DNA of 64,000 nucleotides from positions 1 to 64,000 of the IMG/VR virus record IMGVR_UViG_3300031993_000055; one strand, 5' to 3'. Shown here piece by piece: positions 21,201-30,158 of this stretch. Each line of letters begins with the position of its first letter. Position 1 is the first letter of the stretch. The DNA is from a virus (lineage: Duplodnaviria > Caudoviricetes). Under the pieces are notes generated by a model that saw nothing but the letters and a program-made list of their open reading frames with translations, was not told where the DNA came from and made no database searches. The translations under genes and the position numbers were made by a program.

Positions 21201-22587
21201 TCTGAGCCAGCATCTCGTATTCCTTCGAGTTCTTACCTATGGTGCCGGCCATCAGGTCAAGTTCTGCCTTGGCGCGTTTTACGGCTGCAGACAGCTCGTT
21301 CAGGTTCTTGGCGTTGGCGGGCTTGTCGATGATCTGGCGCATACGCTCACTGGTCATGCCGGTGTTGTTCATCTCAACACGCACCTTGTCCAGCGCATCC
21401 TTGTATTTCTGCCATTCGGCAGTACCCTTCTTCGCTGTCTCCAAGGCTTTCTGCAGTGCAGCCTCGGCCTGCTTCAGCTGTTTGTCGGTACCAGTAAATC
21501 CTTTGCCACCTGCATTAGCTGACACTTTCAGGGCATCAGCAAGCGATATGGCTTCACCTCTGGCTATCTTCTCGACATCTGCATATTCCTTCAGATAAGC
21601 CTCTCCTTGCTGTACAAGCTTATTATAGTGCATCCACATGGCACTGCCAGACTGCATGGCATCACGCAGCTGCGTCATCTGCTGGGTAGCCAGACGCACC
21701 TGGTCGACACCATACTTGCTGGTATCCTTCAATATCGTTTCTGCGCTTGCAGCCTTACGTCTCTTCTCTTCGTTCTGAACTTGTTTGAGCTTTGCCTCGT
21801 AACGGGTCAGTTCGGCGCTTCCCTGTTCTGCACCGGCAACCATGGCCTCCCAGAACCGCCTGGTATCACCAAGGGCAGCAGCCGACAGTGTCTTCAGGTT
21901 CTTCATCTGCTTGTTCATAGCAGTGATCTGGCTTGCCTGTGCTGCCTTCTTCTCTACTTCTGCCAGTCTACCAAGTTCTGCGGTGACAACCTTCAACTGC
22001 CGATCATAGACTTTCCACTCCTTAGAGCCACGAACCTCGAGTGTCAAAAGCTGCTCAAGATCTCTCTTTGCCTGTGATAGGGTAGCCTGACTCACGCCTC
22101 CCCCACTCTTGATTGTCTGAACCAAGGCCTTGAGGTCGTTGTTGGCTTTAAGGATATTTTCATCAAGCGCTACTATCAGCGCATCCATCTCCTTCCATTC
22201 TTGCGAACCTACTTTCACTCGCGACTGCGCCAACTGTGCAGCATTACGTGCAGCCTTGCTCAAGGCTGCGCTCATGCCTTCTACACTACCTTTCCCTCTG
22301 TTAAACTGCTTGATAGCTTCGTCAAGAGCACGCACACCCTTCATGTTGTTCTGAAGGGCCCCCTGCCATTGTTTTGATACGCGCTCAGCATTCTTCAGCT
22401 CTGTCTCAAGCTTCTGAATCTGGTCAACAGGCATATTGGTGTTACGGGCATTCTGCAACTCTTTTCTCAAGCGATCGACCTCGTCTCTCGCCTTTTTTGA
22501 TTCCGTCTGCAGAGCCTGAAGTGCGGCATTGGCTTTACCGGCATTAGCCTGAAAGTCAATATGGATGATGTCATGTCTTGCTGCCAT
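15250..22587 (-). CDS. Tail tape measure protein
   Basis: 2445 aa, Ala/Lys/Gln-rich helical. TP901-type core (ELSDKMGEVRKTTGFTADEV...AAAGQLGL) and C-terminal YAEG/FADG motifs. Confidence 0.92.
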   Translation of the reverse strand: MAARHDIIHIDFQANAGKANAALQALQTESKKARDEVDRLRKELQNARNTNMPVDQIQKLETELKNAERVSKQWQGALQNNMKGVRALDEAIKQFNRGKGSVEGMSAALSKAARNAAQLAQSRVKVGSQEWKEMDALIVALDENILKANNDLKALVQTIKSGGGVSQATLSQAKRDLEQLLTLEVRGSKEWKVYDRQLKVVTAELGRLAEVEKKAAQASQITAMNKQMKNLKTLSAAALGDTRRFWEAMVAGAEQGSAELTRYEAKLKQVQNEEKRRKAASAETILKDTSKYGVDQVRLATQQMTQLRDAMQSGSAMWMHYNKLVQQGEAYLKEYADVEKIARGEAISLADALKVSANAGGKGFTGTDKQLKQAEAALQKALETAKKGTAEWQKYKDALDKVRVEMNNTGMTSERMRQIIDKPANAKNLNELSAAVKRAKAELDLMAGTIGKNSKEYEMLAQSTKKAEIQLKQLQGQAKGTASSFDKAWSRLKTYIGLYMGAAVAMQKLASTMGDILELSDKMGEVRKTTGFTADEVGRLSNNLKKMDVRTPLVNLMEISAAAGQLGLKTLEDVQGFTEAANKLMIALPEMGKEAATEMMRVAIATGEVEKIRKQLQEGTIQGSSATAVAMEKIASTIDRLRATSASTAPEITDFVKRVGAVGAQSGITIDQVSALGSTISSLGMRIEMSATALSRMIPAIRNNAFDIARAIGVTPNTIRDLFDAGKGMEVILMILQHMKDANMDEESIEAMMGMGGMRDIMKDLNQQGARAGIVFAGLSQNVDELRRQLGVASQAYKENIAIEQEFQKMNATTAAKWERLKNQIEEGFVGDQSQRFFGRIIDGLRSIADLVSSDGVIAKGLKTLLVMWAAIRIGLGQAILVKLPNALAALTASTGRFFTVAITGLKALAWQMGIHNRVVAQGAIEWKKLDVAMKQNVFGAITAAVIYAAYKLWDFYEATKETAAEIGAFNQKLSDEKKALDSLFTPLKNSNLAQDERSRLISEINSKYSKYLGYMLSETNSAIQLANAHELIAKRIREEAYEKRILEQENAVRSEHNKDINEAYGNLETRVRGGAKTNTDIQAVTDRLKSFADQNVNTEWRTFMKEAYNMTNRLVADGEIAGKEANSIRVALSDYAKQARSQAKDIAVSTASTRADLRNTQRAIQGDVNANLNNLIGILKNFGQNAVPASIAATAAPSEQGFLGKGWNNRTAGKVSLNWQGNANAQASTEMPLPGWKPQINEKNVEQVKAFVNAQEQLRGYIEANAKNISQQAKATAEAYLVSEDEMKRLRGLLPAEVKGGTGGGNGGWGEKLGAESTNYADMNAEQLVTRRKQMKDFVNAIQTDSDIKSVLAEDKALQKAIEGGMASDMRTVIEWYNTERLKIQDELHARHLTNTGDWMDPAKQKARHKQFKAELQAYLEELDAYYTERNQKIQDERNNEDITEGEAWVRTIKNEAEWHQRRAELQKMYSDKNVEVVKDEQEAIHKIIAARTGDDVKFIEKSIEKTKQFAQMVRKADPNGRGEAEYRKWEADLGLGWERDYLKQEKSIGKQVKFMADTLAKERPLNSIVEDLELTLSKMGILEGDVPKKTAFLLDQLEDAYTLGVKELVDRVSKAGFDEWAKQIDGDISVQQALIAQLRKAYEAVQDAIRKEASRIKKDADMMWKLIFTPDGKNLKKETDIALARMGLQQESIGRANQLIGAGSASENIASKLAIKQLQLQLSIQRAQFALMRKIGNEKAEYLDKLAEQYRLEGKVRDAQRASTDAENVRKSLNLAITEEEKKQLDLTNQIAREQEEIQNRLYQDLRAWSELLSSSLQQVFEASHAGDAEYYNELAKLNLTGKGGPGAGTYIVIDNAGTSKATAHYEHLDEREALEREHEIERQNAQAEAWKKLWDDLNNKMSERITDWINASLQNQGVDENTRALDLNKIAEDLNTSAVKANTERIGTLTNKLAEGIKIQKDDTGTGVGNEFASDKLANYGSEPQVEGVPSGVGFSADKGANYPSGGQQNDEATRANTEAVNALTQTLGGQVPEGADTGSDFAASKSADYGSGPAGDNMESGSTGNFALDKLAYYQQVGEAAGQAAQAEIDASNQVKSVVISNSNAQTQTKTENAKKETNASKQADKEEKSSAQSKYAAMASAMNMYGIAYQTMSNENMDTTQKFLSFALQAAGQTAIGMLTTNMLATDAQGKVELPGILGKAASQLGPIAGPIAFAAMTALLGGLMAVAMSKVGKAKSQIAQVTGASVGAGRLATGMLTYAEGNVNEFTDPSTLTPGRHYNVDGADGKTYRAKYMGKNIRTHITTGPEFHLTGEKGREAIIDAHTTRMMQMDDTGIWQSIQTLYNGGSMALRRRRSMKRGIPAFADGNLDEFEDVTEMTGTSSADMTQVVGLKDSLDRQNALLEELLVNGVKGHFDVYGRGGLVDAYDTGKKTLNRHGEKH

Positions 22588-22599
22588 ATAAATATTAGT

Positions 22600-23160
22600 T
22601 TATCGTGTTGTTCTTTCTTTTCGACTTGACCAAAAGAGAGCCCTGTTTACAGCGGCTGCTGCACTTTGGGTATTGCCCATGGCATATACCATGAACACTG
22701 TTCCTACAAACGAGAAGTGTTTGCGGGCCATAGTGGCGAATTTGCCAGCCTGTTTACGCATCTCCGTAACAACATGGGGCTTTGCTTTTCGCATTCTCGA
22801 GGGAACCGTAATAGGCTGCCATCGAGGCTGTGGAATGTCAGGGACGGGGCCGTTATATGGATTATTCTTACCTAAAGCCAACTCCACAAACTTAGCGTAA
22901 TACAAATACCTGGCCGTAAACACCTGTACGTCACCATTACTTGCCGCAAATGTTTTCCATACCAGAGAACGTTTCAGCCTTCCGCTTTTCCCTATATGCT
23001 GACGTTCAACATTCTGTTTAGTATCCCTGCCAGTAATATTCACGAAATTGTTTATCCATGACATGATTCTTTCATCACGCCAATTCCATTTCCACGACAA
23101 TACCTGATCGCCGTATTTATCGGTTGCCCAACTTCGTTCGTCAATAATGGATACAGCCAT
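22600..23160 (-). CDS. Hypothetical protein, possible tail-completion (HK97 gp10-like)
   Basis: Basic 186-aa ORF (SGRLKRS, YAKFVELALG) just upstream of the tape measure, with a late-type promoter. Confidence 0.4.
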   Translation of the reverse strand: MAVSIIDERSWATDKYGDQVLSWKWNWRDERIMSWINNFVNITGRDTKQNVERQHIGKSGRLKRSLVWKTFAASNGDVQVFTARYLYYAKFVELALGKNNPYNGPVPDIPQPRWQPITVPSRMRKAKPHVVTEMRKQAGKFATMARKHFSFVGTVFMVYAMGNTQSAAAAVNRALFWSSRKERTTR

Positions 23161-23180
23161 ATTATATACTTTTTATGGTT

Positions 23181-23216
23181 CAAAAATACAGTAATAGAGC
23201 TTGCAAATCAAGGGCA
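23181..23216 (-). promoter_or_regulatory. Late-type promoter upstream of the tape measure operon
   Basis: TGCCCTTGA-N19-TATTTTTG. A second copy lies at 23321-23356. Confidence 0.78.
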
Positions 23217-23366
23217 GACGCGGAAGAAAAAACAAAAGTGCAGGCAGCAAAGACACTACCTGCACAAACAAATACAATGGAATTATGACGTCATGTTCCC
23301 TCTGTCGTATTTTTATATATCAAAGATACTTGTTTTCTGCTTCAATATCAAGGGCAGAGATTTCCC

Positions 23367-23879
23367 TTACTGTGTAATTTCGTTTTCCGAGGAATCCGAA
23401 GCACTTACTGACTCAGATGCACGCATCATCCTGACAGTTACCTCGGCCAGACAGTGCTGCCAGCGGCGCTTCAGGTCTCCTCCCTCACGCTCTGCGGTAT
23501 CGAAGCGCTTGTACAGCTCCGCCTCCAGCAGCTGCAGTGACCCGGGTCCCGTGAGCGGCAGGCTGTCGTTCTGCAGCTCCTGCTCGCAGAAGGTGATAAA
23601 GCGCATGGCACGCAGCGCGGCATCGGCATGCGCCATACGTATCTTCCTGGCCAGCTGGCTGTAATGCTCCTTCGTCAGCTCAGGTGCCGTTATCTTCTCT
23701 TCACTCTCAGGCTGCTTTGCCTTCCTGCCTTTCTGGACCATCAGCTCCATCAGTGCCTGTGCCGCCAGCTCCGCATCGTCGGGCTCTGGCGTCATAGGTG
23801 CCTGCCCCACCCCCTCTATCATCAGAGGCTGTGGCTGCTGCTTCTCCTTCCGCTGGAATATCTTACCTAACCATCTCAT
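23367..23879 (-). CDS. Hypothetical protein
   Basis: 170-aa ORF preceded by a late-promoter motif at 23901-23936. Confidence 0.6.
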   Translation of the reverse strand: MRWLGKIFQRKEKQQPQPLMIEGVGQAPMTPEPDDAELAAQALMELMVQKGRKAKQPESEEKITAPELTKEHYSQLARKIRMAHADAALRAMRFITFCEQELQNDSLPLTGPGSLQLLEAELYKRFDTAEREGGDLKRRWQHCLAEVTVRMMRASESVSASDSSENEITQ

Positions 23880-23900
23880 AAGCGCTTCATGTTTATACCT

Positions 23901-23936
23901 GCAAGATAAGGTTCCAAAGCCCGAAGGTCAAGGGCG
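23901..23936 (-). promoter_or_regulatory. Late-type promoter
   Basis: CGCCCTTGA-N19-TATCTTGC. Confidence 0.7.
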
Positions 23937-24033
23937 GTTCATACGTTTTTAGGAAAATTAACTCCCAAAATCATAATACTGCCGGATATTTTCCGTATAT
24001 TTGCAGCCACAATCTAAAAGTTACAAACCTAAA

Positions 24034-25026
24034 ATGGAAAATCAGAAGTCAAAGAAACGCTACAGGAAGGTCTCCCAGGAGACCGTAGACAAGCTGCGTG
24101 CGCTCTATCAGGAGCATACGGCCAAGGAGTGTGCCAGAATCCTTCATCTCCCGGCGTCGGTGGTCATATACCAGATACAGAAGAACCACATCGACATAGA
24201 GGACAGGACAACGGTAACCAAGGCTGCACCGCCCCCGCACTCCGTTTCTCTGTCAGAGCCGATCAACAAGCACAGGGAGCGCATGTTAAGCGCCATCAGG
24301 AGCGAGTATGCCGACAACCCCACCTCCGACGTGGCGGAGCAGACATGCGCAAACTACTACACCGTGTCCCGCGCTGCCGGAAAGCTCGGCATCAAGAAGA
24401 CGAAGTCGTACATGCGCAAGCGCTGGTCTACAGGCAACCGCACCTCTATAGGCAAGGAGAGGCGCCAGCGCATAGAAGAGTACCTCAGGCAGCACTTCAG
24501 CGACACGAGGAACAGCGACCTGGCAGAGGCGCTCGGTATCGACCCGAAGACCGTCCGGCGCTATGCCCGCAGGCTCGGGCTCGTCAAGACCAAGGCGTTC
24601 ATGGACTATTCGAGGTCGAAGAAGTTCGGAGGATATTCTGATGAGTTCAAGGCATGGCGCCTGAAGCGTATCGCAGAGGTATTTCAGAAAGGCAGCGCCG
24701 AAGATCTGCAGAAGCTCGCAGAGGAGCTGTACATCAGCGTCGGCACAATCAAAACCATCGCCTATACCAACGGCATACGCCGGGCTAAAAAGGAAGACGA
24801 CAAGGCGTTTATCGAGAGTCTGCGCGAATACTTTCCCACACATACGGACAGGGAGTGCGCCGAGCACTTCGGAACGAAGATAGATACCATCTGGTACCTC
24901 GCCAGGAAGTTCAGCCTGTACAAGGACAAGGACCATGTCAAGGAAGTCCGCCTCGAGAACGGCAACCGCGCCTTTGCTGGATGGAAAAGGAAACAAATTA
25001 AAAAACAGGATATAGCGTATGAATAA
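24034..25026 (+). CDS. Multi-HTH repeat DNA-binding protein
   Basis: About five repeats of x-ELA-x-LG-x-SV-x-A-x-LGL-type segments. TATATTTG promoter box at about 23996. Confidence 0.65.
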   Translation: MENQKSKKRYRKVSQETVDKLRALYQEHTAKECARILHLPASVVIYQIQKNHIDIEDRTTVTKAAPPPHSVSLSEPINKHRERMLSAIRSEYADNPTSDVAEQTCANYYTVSRAAGKLGIKKTKSYMRKRWSTGNRTSIGKERRQRIEEYLRQHFSDTRNSDLAEALGIDPKTVRRYARRLGLVKTKAFMDYSRSKKFGGYSDEFKAWRLKRIAEVFQKGSAEDLQKLAEELYISVGTIKTIAYTNGIRRAKKEDDKAFIESLREYFPTHTDRECAEHFGTKIDTIWYLARKFSLYKDKDHVKEVRLENGNRAFAGWKRKQIKKQDIAYE

Positions 25027-25525
25027 GATTAAAACCACACCGGCAGGGCTTGGCAAACTGTATGTCTGCCCACAGAAGGACTTCGAGGCAGGTACGGATA
25101 CACCGCTGCATGAGATACCTCTGGAGCATGCCGACGGAACCGAAGGGAACCAGCCGAAGGAAGAGAAGAAAGGCTTTGCCTGCTCAGCAAACTTCGTCTT
25201 TGAAACCACACCCGAGTACGACAAGACCCTGCGAAAGCTGCTGAACCTCCATGGCCGCATGCCGCGTCGCAGGAAGAAAAGGATGCTCAACAGCGTACTC
25301 AGGCACAGGAAGCACATACTCAAGGTTCTGGATTATCTGCCTGGAGAGTATTTCCCGGCACGCCAATACGTGCTGAAAGTCATGCTCTCAGGAGGTGTGC
25401 GCATGGAAGGACTCGGGAAGATAGTCGTCAGCGAGACGGACTACCGCCTGGCGTTCCTCTGCATCAAGAGATTACTGATGGGACTCAGGCACGGCCTTGA
25501 CAGGGTACTGAGGAAAGCCAGATAA
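25019..25525 (+). CDS. Hypothetical protein
   Basis: 168-aa ORF overlapping the stop of the multi-HTH gene. Confidence 0.55.
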   Translation: MNKIKTTPAGLGKLYVCPQKDFEAGTDTPLHEIPLEHADGTEGNQPKEEKKGFACSANFVFETTPEYDKTLRKLLNLHGRMPRRRKKRMLNSVLRHRKHILKVLDYLPGEYFPARQYVLKVMLSGGVRMEGLGKIVVSETDYRLAFLCIKRLLMGLRHGLDRVLRKAR

Positions 25526-25624
25526 CAAAGTATGTAGGTAACTTCACAGCCACCTACATACTTTTTACTAACAATCTAATCAAACCTAATCTTCTATGAA
25601 TAACTAAAAACCTAAAATCATTTC

Positions 25625-27436
25625 TTAAACCTCTTTTCCTGATATTGTCTCTACCGTACCGGTCTTACTGTTATCAAGCGTTGTGAGCGTTTGGTCAATC
25701 ACATGGAACTCCGCCCGCTCCCATTCATTGTAGGTCGCAATGACATTCAGGAACCTCTCGTAGCTGCGTTTCTGTACGGATAGCTGCTGCTGCTTCAGCA
25801 GGTGCATCTCGCGCAGGGCTGTGCCGCCATTCGAAGCTGCTGCCATGGGCACTCCGACCAGACGCGGGTCAACCTGCAGTGCGAGGAAGATAGGACTCGT
25901 AGAAAGTTCCAGCTCCTCCTTTCCGGCCTTTACCGCATCGTTGGTTGTATCCTTGAAATCGACCACCTCGATGTTCTTGTGCTCCTTGCCGTCAGGATCT
26001 GTCCACATCCACTGGCGCATAGCCTTACCGTTGTTCTCGCGGTGCTGAAGGAAGCTCTCCATCGACTGGTCGAGCTGCTCGATAAACTCCTGCTGCTTAT
26101 CTGGATTGCCTTGATATCCTTCGTCGGCGAACACCCGGTCCAGATAATCGAGACTCACATAATAACAACGAGAGAATGTCGTGTTGTTGTCGCGCTGCTT
26201 ATACTTGTCGTAAAGTACCGTGGCCGAGAAGTCGAAAGCCTTCGAGGTGAAGACACTCCACCATGCAGGCTGCGGATAGAACGGCTTGTTAAGAGACGGA
26301 TAGAATGTCGGGCAGACGATCCAGGTGGGTCTCTCCTTGATACGCTTCTTCAGGTTACTCTCTACGATATACTGGATCTCCGACAGCATGTGCTGCGGCA
26401 TGGCGCACGGATATCTCTTGAAGGACTTGTCCTTCGTGGCATCTCCCGGAGTGGTGGTAGTAGCACCTGTAGAACCCTTCGTCCTGAGACTGTCACTGAA
26501 GAACACATCATGGATGTATCTGTTGGAGTCCATAGTACCCAGTCTGCACGAATACGCTGGCAGCATATCGACTCGTGTGATCCTGGGCTTTACGGGATAG
26601 TCCCATCGGCGGGCTCGTCCCCGCTGCAGTCCGACAGTCGGGAAATAGATATCGAGCATCACATTGTCCTGCATACACTGCGACATGTGAAGGTCGAGAT
26701 TGTTCTCTTCAAGGAACAGCTTGGCACCAGGCACGTAGGTAATATCGTCGTCAGACTTCACGTCAAATCCATACCAGGAGTTCTCCCATTTCTCCAGAGC
26801 CTCGCGGGCGCGTTTCAGGGCTGGCGACTCGTTTCTGGCAGGCTCGCGTCCTACGGCCACAAGACCGTCGTCGAGCAGCTGCTTCTCAACAGGATCCGTA
26901 TCCGGCTCGTTCTTCTCGAGCTCGTCGATCTCCTTCTGCAGCCGCGCCCCGGCATCCCGGTACTCTACCAGCTCACCGTCAGGGAACCGGTACATCAGCC
27001 GTGCGCCAAGTCCTGTTATCAGGTCGGCAATATAGCGCAGAGGTGCGCCAGTATAGGGGCTTGACATGGCCAGTGGCGGGATAACGCTCGGAATATTGTC
27101 GCCTGCACCCCACTTCACGTAGTCGCCAAGATCGTTGCCGTCCTTGTCTTTCACGTGCTCGACAGTGTCTGTACGGCCGTCGAAACTCCAGGCGACCTTG
27201 CTGAGCGGGCCATTGCACCATATTCCTGCATTCATACTTACAGCCATATCCTGTGCGCCGGCTGCTGCCGCGTCACCCAAAGCCAGCGAGATGTCACGCA
27301 CCTTACCCGGCTTCAGCAGGTCGATGGCAACATACCTCTGGGACGTCAATCGTCTGTGCAGTTGGTTGAACTCCGATTGCGTCCTCGGTCTGTGTATGAA
27401 TCCGACGTCGCTCTTGCTTTTATTATTTCTACCCAT
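25625..27436 (-). CDS. Portal protein
   Basis: 603 aa, directly downstream of TerL. WGAGDNIP, YPQPAWW and SNGGTALRE segments resemble Bacteroidota phage portals. Confidence 0.72.
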   Translation of the reverse strand: MGRNNKSKSDVGFIHRPRTQSEFNQLHRRLTSQRYVAIDLLKPGKVRDISLALGDAAAAGAQDMAVSMNAGIWCNGPLSKVAWSFDGRTDTVEHVKDKDGNDLGDYVKWGAGDNIPSVIPPLAMSSPYTGAPLRYIADLITGLGARLMYRFPDGELVEYRDAGARLQKEIDELEKNEPDTDPVEKQLLDDGLVAVGREPARNESPALKRAREALEKWENSWYGFDVKSDDDITYVPGAKLFLEENNLDLHMSQCMQDNVMLDIYFPTVGLQRGRARRWDYPVKPRITRVDMLPAYSCRLGTMDSNRYIHDVFFSDSLRTKGSTGATTTTPGDATKDKSFKRYPCAMPQHMLSEIQYIVESNLKKRIKERPTWIVCPTFYPSLNKPFYPQPAWWSVFTSKAFDFSATVLYDKYKQRDNNTTFSRCYYVSLDYLDRVFADEGYQGNPDKQQEFIEQLDQSMESFLQHRENNGKAMRQWMWTDPDGKEHKNIEVVDFKDTTNDAVKAGKEELELSTSPIFLALQVDPRLVGVPMAAASNGGTALREMHLLKQQQLSVQKRSYERFLNVIATYNEWERAEFHVIDQTLTTLDNSKTGTVETISGKEV

Positions 27437-27458
27437 AGCTTATGTTGTTATTCTACTG

Positions 27459-27494
27459 CAAAAATACACGCACACCCCGCCAAAATCAAGGGCA
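27459..27494 (-). promoter_or_regulatory. Late-type promoter for the portal gene
   Basis: TGCCCTTGA-N19-TATTTTTG. Confidence 0.8.
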
Positions 27495-27502
27495 GAGAAT
27501 AT

Positions 27503-29440
27503 TCATCCTCTCGGTATTATCAGGTTCTTATACCTGCCTCTCAATGCACCGCCTATCCTTGTACGCGGACTCAGGCCGTGATATTTCACGCCTATAATGA
27601 GGTCGTCAAAGGCATCTGTGATATCTGTCCTGGTGCGAGGATCTCCGCCAAGACTCTCCTCATCTGTCGCCTTGAGTTTCTCTCTTGATTTATCCTTCGA
27701 GAAAGTACCTGGCTTCAGGCCGGCATTCTCGAGGGCAGGTATCAGGTAGGTGTTCCGGTTAGGAGACTTGCAGATCCTGATTCTCGGTTTCTGGGCACCC
27801 GACATCAGGTCGGCCATCAGCTGGAACTTCACGGCATGCGCCAGGGCTGCTCCCGTATCAATGGCTGTCACCTTGAACCCAAGGTCTGTCAGCTCCTGAG
27901 TGACCACGCGGTCGAATCGGTTGTCATCACCGTTCTCAACGGCATAGGCTGTCGAAGCGCCCTGCTTGACGGTAGCCGTAAAGTACAGTATGACCTCCTT
28001 GCAGCCCCGGCGCAGGAACGGCCTGTATATCCTTGCAAAGTCCCTGCAGAGGGACCTGAGCTTTCTCTCGTTCATCACGAATATAGAGCGCTGTACCAAT
28101 ACGTCCTCGCCTCTCAGCTGTCCGATGACGAAGCACGACAGGTTGGCGTTAGCATCGAAGGCCAGCAGGAGCGGCTCGTCGTATGCCAGGTCCATATCGA
28201 GCTCACAGGTATCCTCGTCACCCAGTCGCCCGAGCTCATCGAGGTCCAGCTGCTCCGTCTCCACCTCCTGCATCCATCTGGTAGAGTCGAGTGCCTTGCC
28301 CTTCTTCTTAATGGTGTACTTGTCGGCCAGCATCGAATAGCTGTCGCCGTACTCCACACTGTACTCCTCCTCCAGATAGCCGTGTATCGTCTCGATATCC
28401 AGGTTACAATAGAAACCGTCCTTGGCCGCTCCCTTCTCGGCACCGAGTATCATCAGCGCATAAAGCAGCGGCGGCATCTGTCGCTGCATATCACGGAACC
28501 ATGCCAGTCCGAGCATACTGAGGTTCTCGGCACTGGAGAAGTTCCAGAAGCAGGTGCTGTCGGTCCTGAGCCGGTGCAGCTGTCTGAGGAAGTTGTCGTT
28601 CTGCGCGAGTGCTACCGCAGCCTTCGGATTGTGCTTCTCGAGGTACTTGAGCTCGGCCATCATCGTCGTCAGCTGGTCGTTGACATCATAACTCTGCGTA
28701 TCCTTCTCGCGCTCCCAGAGCGACTGTGCCTGCGTCAGTCCTGCATCCGACACCCACAGCTGGCTGAGCCAGTGGTTGTTGACCTTCGGGTCGGTACCGT
28801 AGCCCCACGTCTTCTTCTGCGTCTTGCGGGCCGCAGGCGGCATGAAGTCACCACGCAGCGTAGGCAGTATCTCCTCCTTCACGCGCTGCCATGGCAGGTA
28901 CTTGGTCTCGTCACCGATAAGTGCCGCGAGGTTCAGACCGTTACCCGATCCACGCACTGCCATCGACAGCATCTGCCAGCAGAACCCGTTGGAGAAATGC
29001 ACGATATTCTCCCAGTTACGCGGACGTGCCAGCGGGTAGTCCCAGTGCAGCTTGGCCGGTGCCTGTCCTAAGAAATAGAACTGCTCGAAGCCCAGGGAGT
29101 TGACGACCTTCAGGGCATTCGGCATCGTACGGGTATAGAGCTGCTTGGCACTGGCACCGACGAAGCCGCCCATCTGACGGGGAAGCCCGATGGTGACATC
29201 CACCATGTGGACACCGATGAACGAGGTCTTGCCGGTACCACGACCGGCACGCACATAGGTGGTACGTGAACCGAAGTTGCGCACCTCCTTCTGCCAGCGG
29301 TTCAGATAGACCTTATGCACACCATCGTGAGCATAGTCCACCGCCCCGCTCTCCTCGGGCTGCAGCTCGTCGACATCAGGCAGCATACGCGCCTCCAGAC
29401 GGTCGCTGCTCACATTCGGGTTGGAACCTATTCTGCTCAT
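27503..29440 (-). CDS. terL: Terminase large subunit
   Basis: Walker A VRAGRGTGKTS, Walker B LIGDETK, and a C-terminal RNase H-like nuclease region (LAFDAN, DITDAFDDL). Confidence 0.88.
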   Translation of the reverse strand: MSRIGSNPNVSSDRLEARMLPDVDELQPEESGAVDYAHDGVHKVYLNRWQKEVRNFGSRTTYVRAGRGTGKTSFIGVHMVDVTIGLPRQMGGFVGASAKQLYTRTMPNALKVVNSLGFEQFYFLGQAPAKLHWDYPLARPRNWENIVHFSNGFCWQMLSMAVRGSGNGLNLAALIGDETKYLPWQRVKEEILPTLRGDFMPPAARKTQKKTWGYGTDPKVNNHWLSQLWVSDAGLTQAQSLWEREKDTQSYDVNDQLTTMMAELKYLEKHNPKAAVALAQNDNFLRQLHRLRTDSTCFWNFSSAENLSMLGLAWFRDMQRQMPPLLYALMILGAEKGAAKDGFYCNLDIETIHGYLEEEYSVEYGDSYSMLADKYTIKKKGKALDSTRWMQEVETEQLDLDELGRLGDEDTCELDMDLAYDEPLLLAFDANANLSCFVIGQLRGEDVLVQRSIFVMNERKLRSLCRDFARIYRPFLRRGCKEVILYFTATVKQGASTAYAVENGDDNRFDRVVTQELTDLGFKVTAIDTGAALAHAVKFQLMADLMSGAQKPRIRICKSPNRNTYLIPALENAGLKPGTFSKDKSREKLKATDEESLGGDPRTRTDITDAFDDLIIGVKYHGLSPRTRIGGALRGRYKNLIIPRG

Positions 29441-29448
29441 AGATCACA

Positions 29449-30043
29449 TCAGTTAAACCACCTTATCTCAGGATGTCCTGTATATCCCTTCTCCCAGACA
29501 AACCAGCCGTAGGCCGTAGCACTGCCGGGTGCCTCGTCGAAGTCGCCGTTCTTGGCGCACTTGAAGCGTGAGCGGCTGACCCATACGCGAATGGGGGGGG
29601 GTAGAATTGAAGAGCGACGCGCGACGCTTGCCCTCCAGAAACGTCAGCTTCAGGAACATGGCCACCTTACGGCCTTCGGGGATAATCTCCAGCGCCTTCT
29701 CCACGAACTCCTGCGCAAAGGCATACGGCGGGTTGGTGATGATATCACCTTCCCACTTTTTGTTGTCTGCAGACAGGAAATCAGCAACCTCGCCGAAGCC
29801 ACGGTCTACAAGGTCGCGGCTTACAACGTGATACCCGTGTGCTGTAAGCACCTTGCTGATATGTCCCTCGCCACAGCTGGGCTCCAGGATATCCTTACTG
29901 AACTGCTCTATCTTGCACAGCCACTCGGTAGCTGCCGGCTCGGTGGCATAGTAGTCCTTGTCTGCGCGGTCCTTGCTGCAGTGGTTACTCGCACCTATCG
30001 TCTTGAACGTCGAAGCGTTCCCGCCTTTCCAGTCTCTTGCCAT
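29449..30043 (-). pseudogene. N6-adenine DNA methyltransferase-like gene with a +1 frameshift in a C9 tract
   Basis: DYYATEP, ILEPSCGEGHIS and IITNPPY motifs are present. Removing one base from G9 at 29593-29601 restores PPIRVWVSRSRFKCAKNGDF...AYGWFVWEKGY...IRWFN, ending at 29449. Confidence 0.8.
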
Positions 30044-30158
30044 AACTCTCCTTAATAAACGACGCATGCAGGACTGTCTTTTGAACAGAACTTCTTCAAG
30101 GGACACTCAGCTTCCCTCTGAGGCGTACATACGTCTGATTTCTTTACGTTTCCCTTTC

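Noticed and set aside
7382-22354. Many long plus-strand ORFs overlapping the structural genes
   Set aside because: They are antisense shadow ORFs caused by GC-rich third codon positions, with no start contexts or recognisable motifs.
29468-30106. 212-aa MTase ORF as given in the track
   Set aside because: Its C-terminus after the C9 tract is out of frame with the conserved MTase tail. It is annotated instead as frameshifted 29449-30043.
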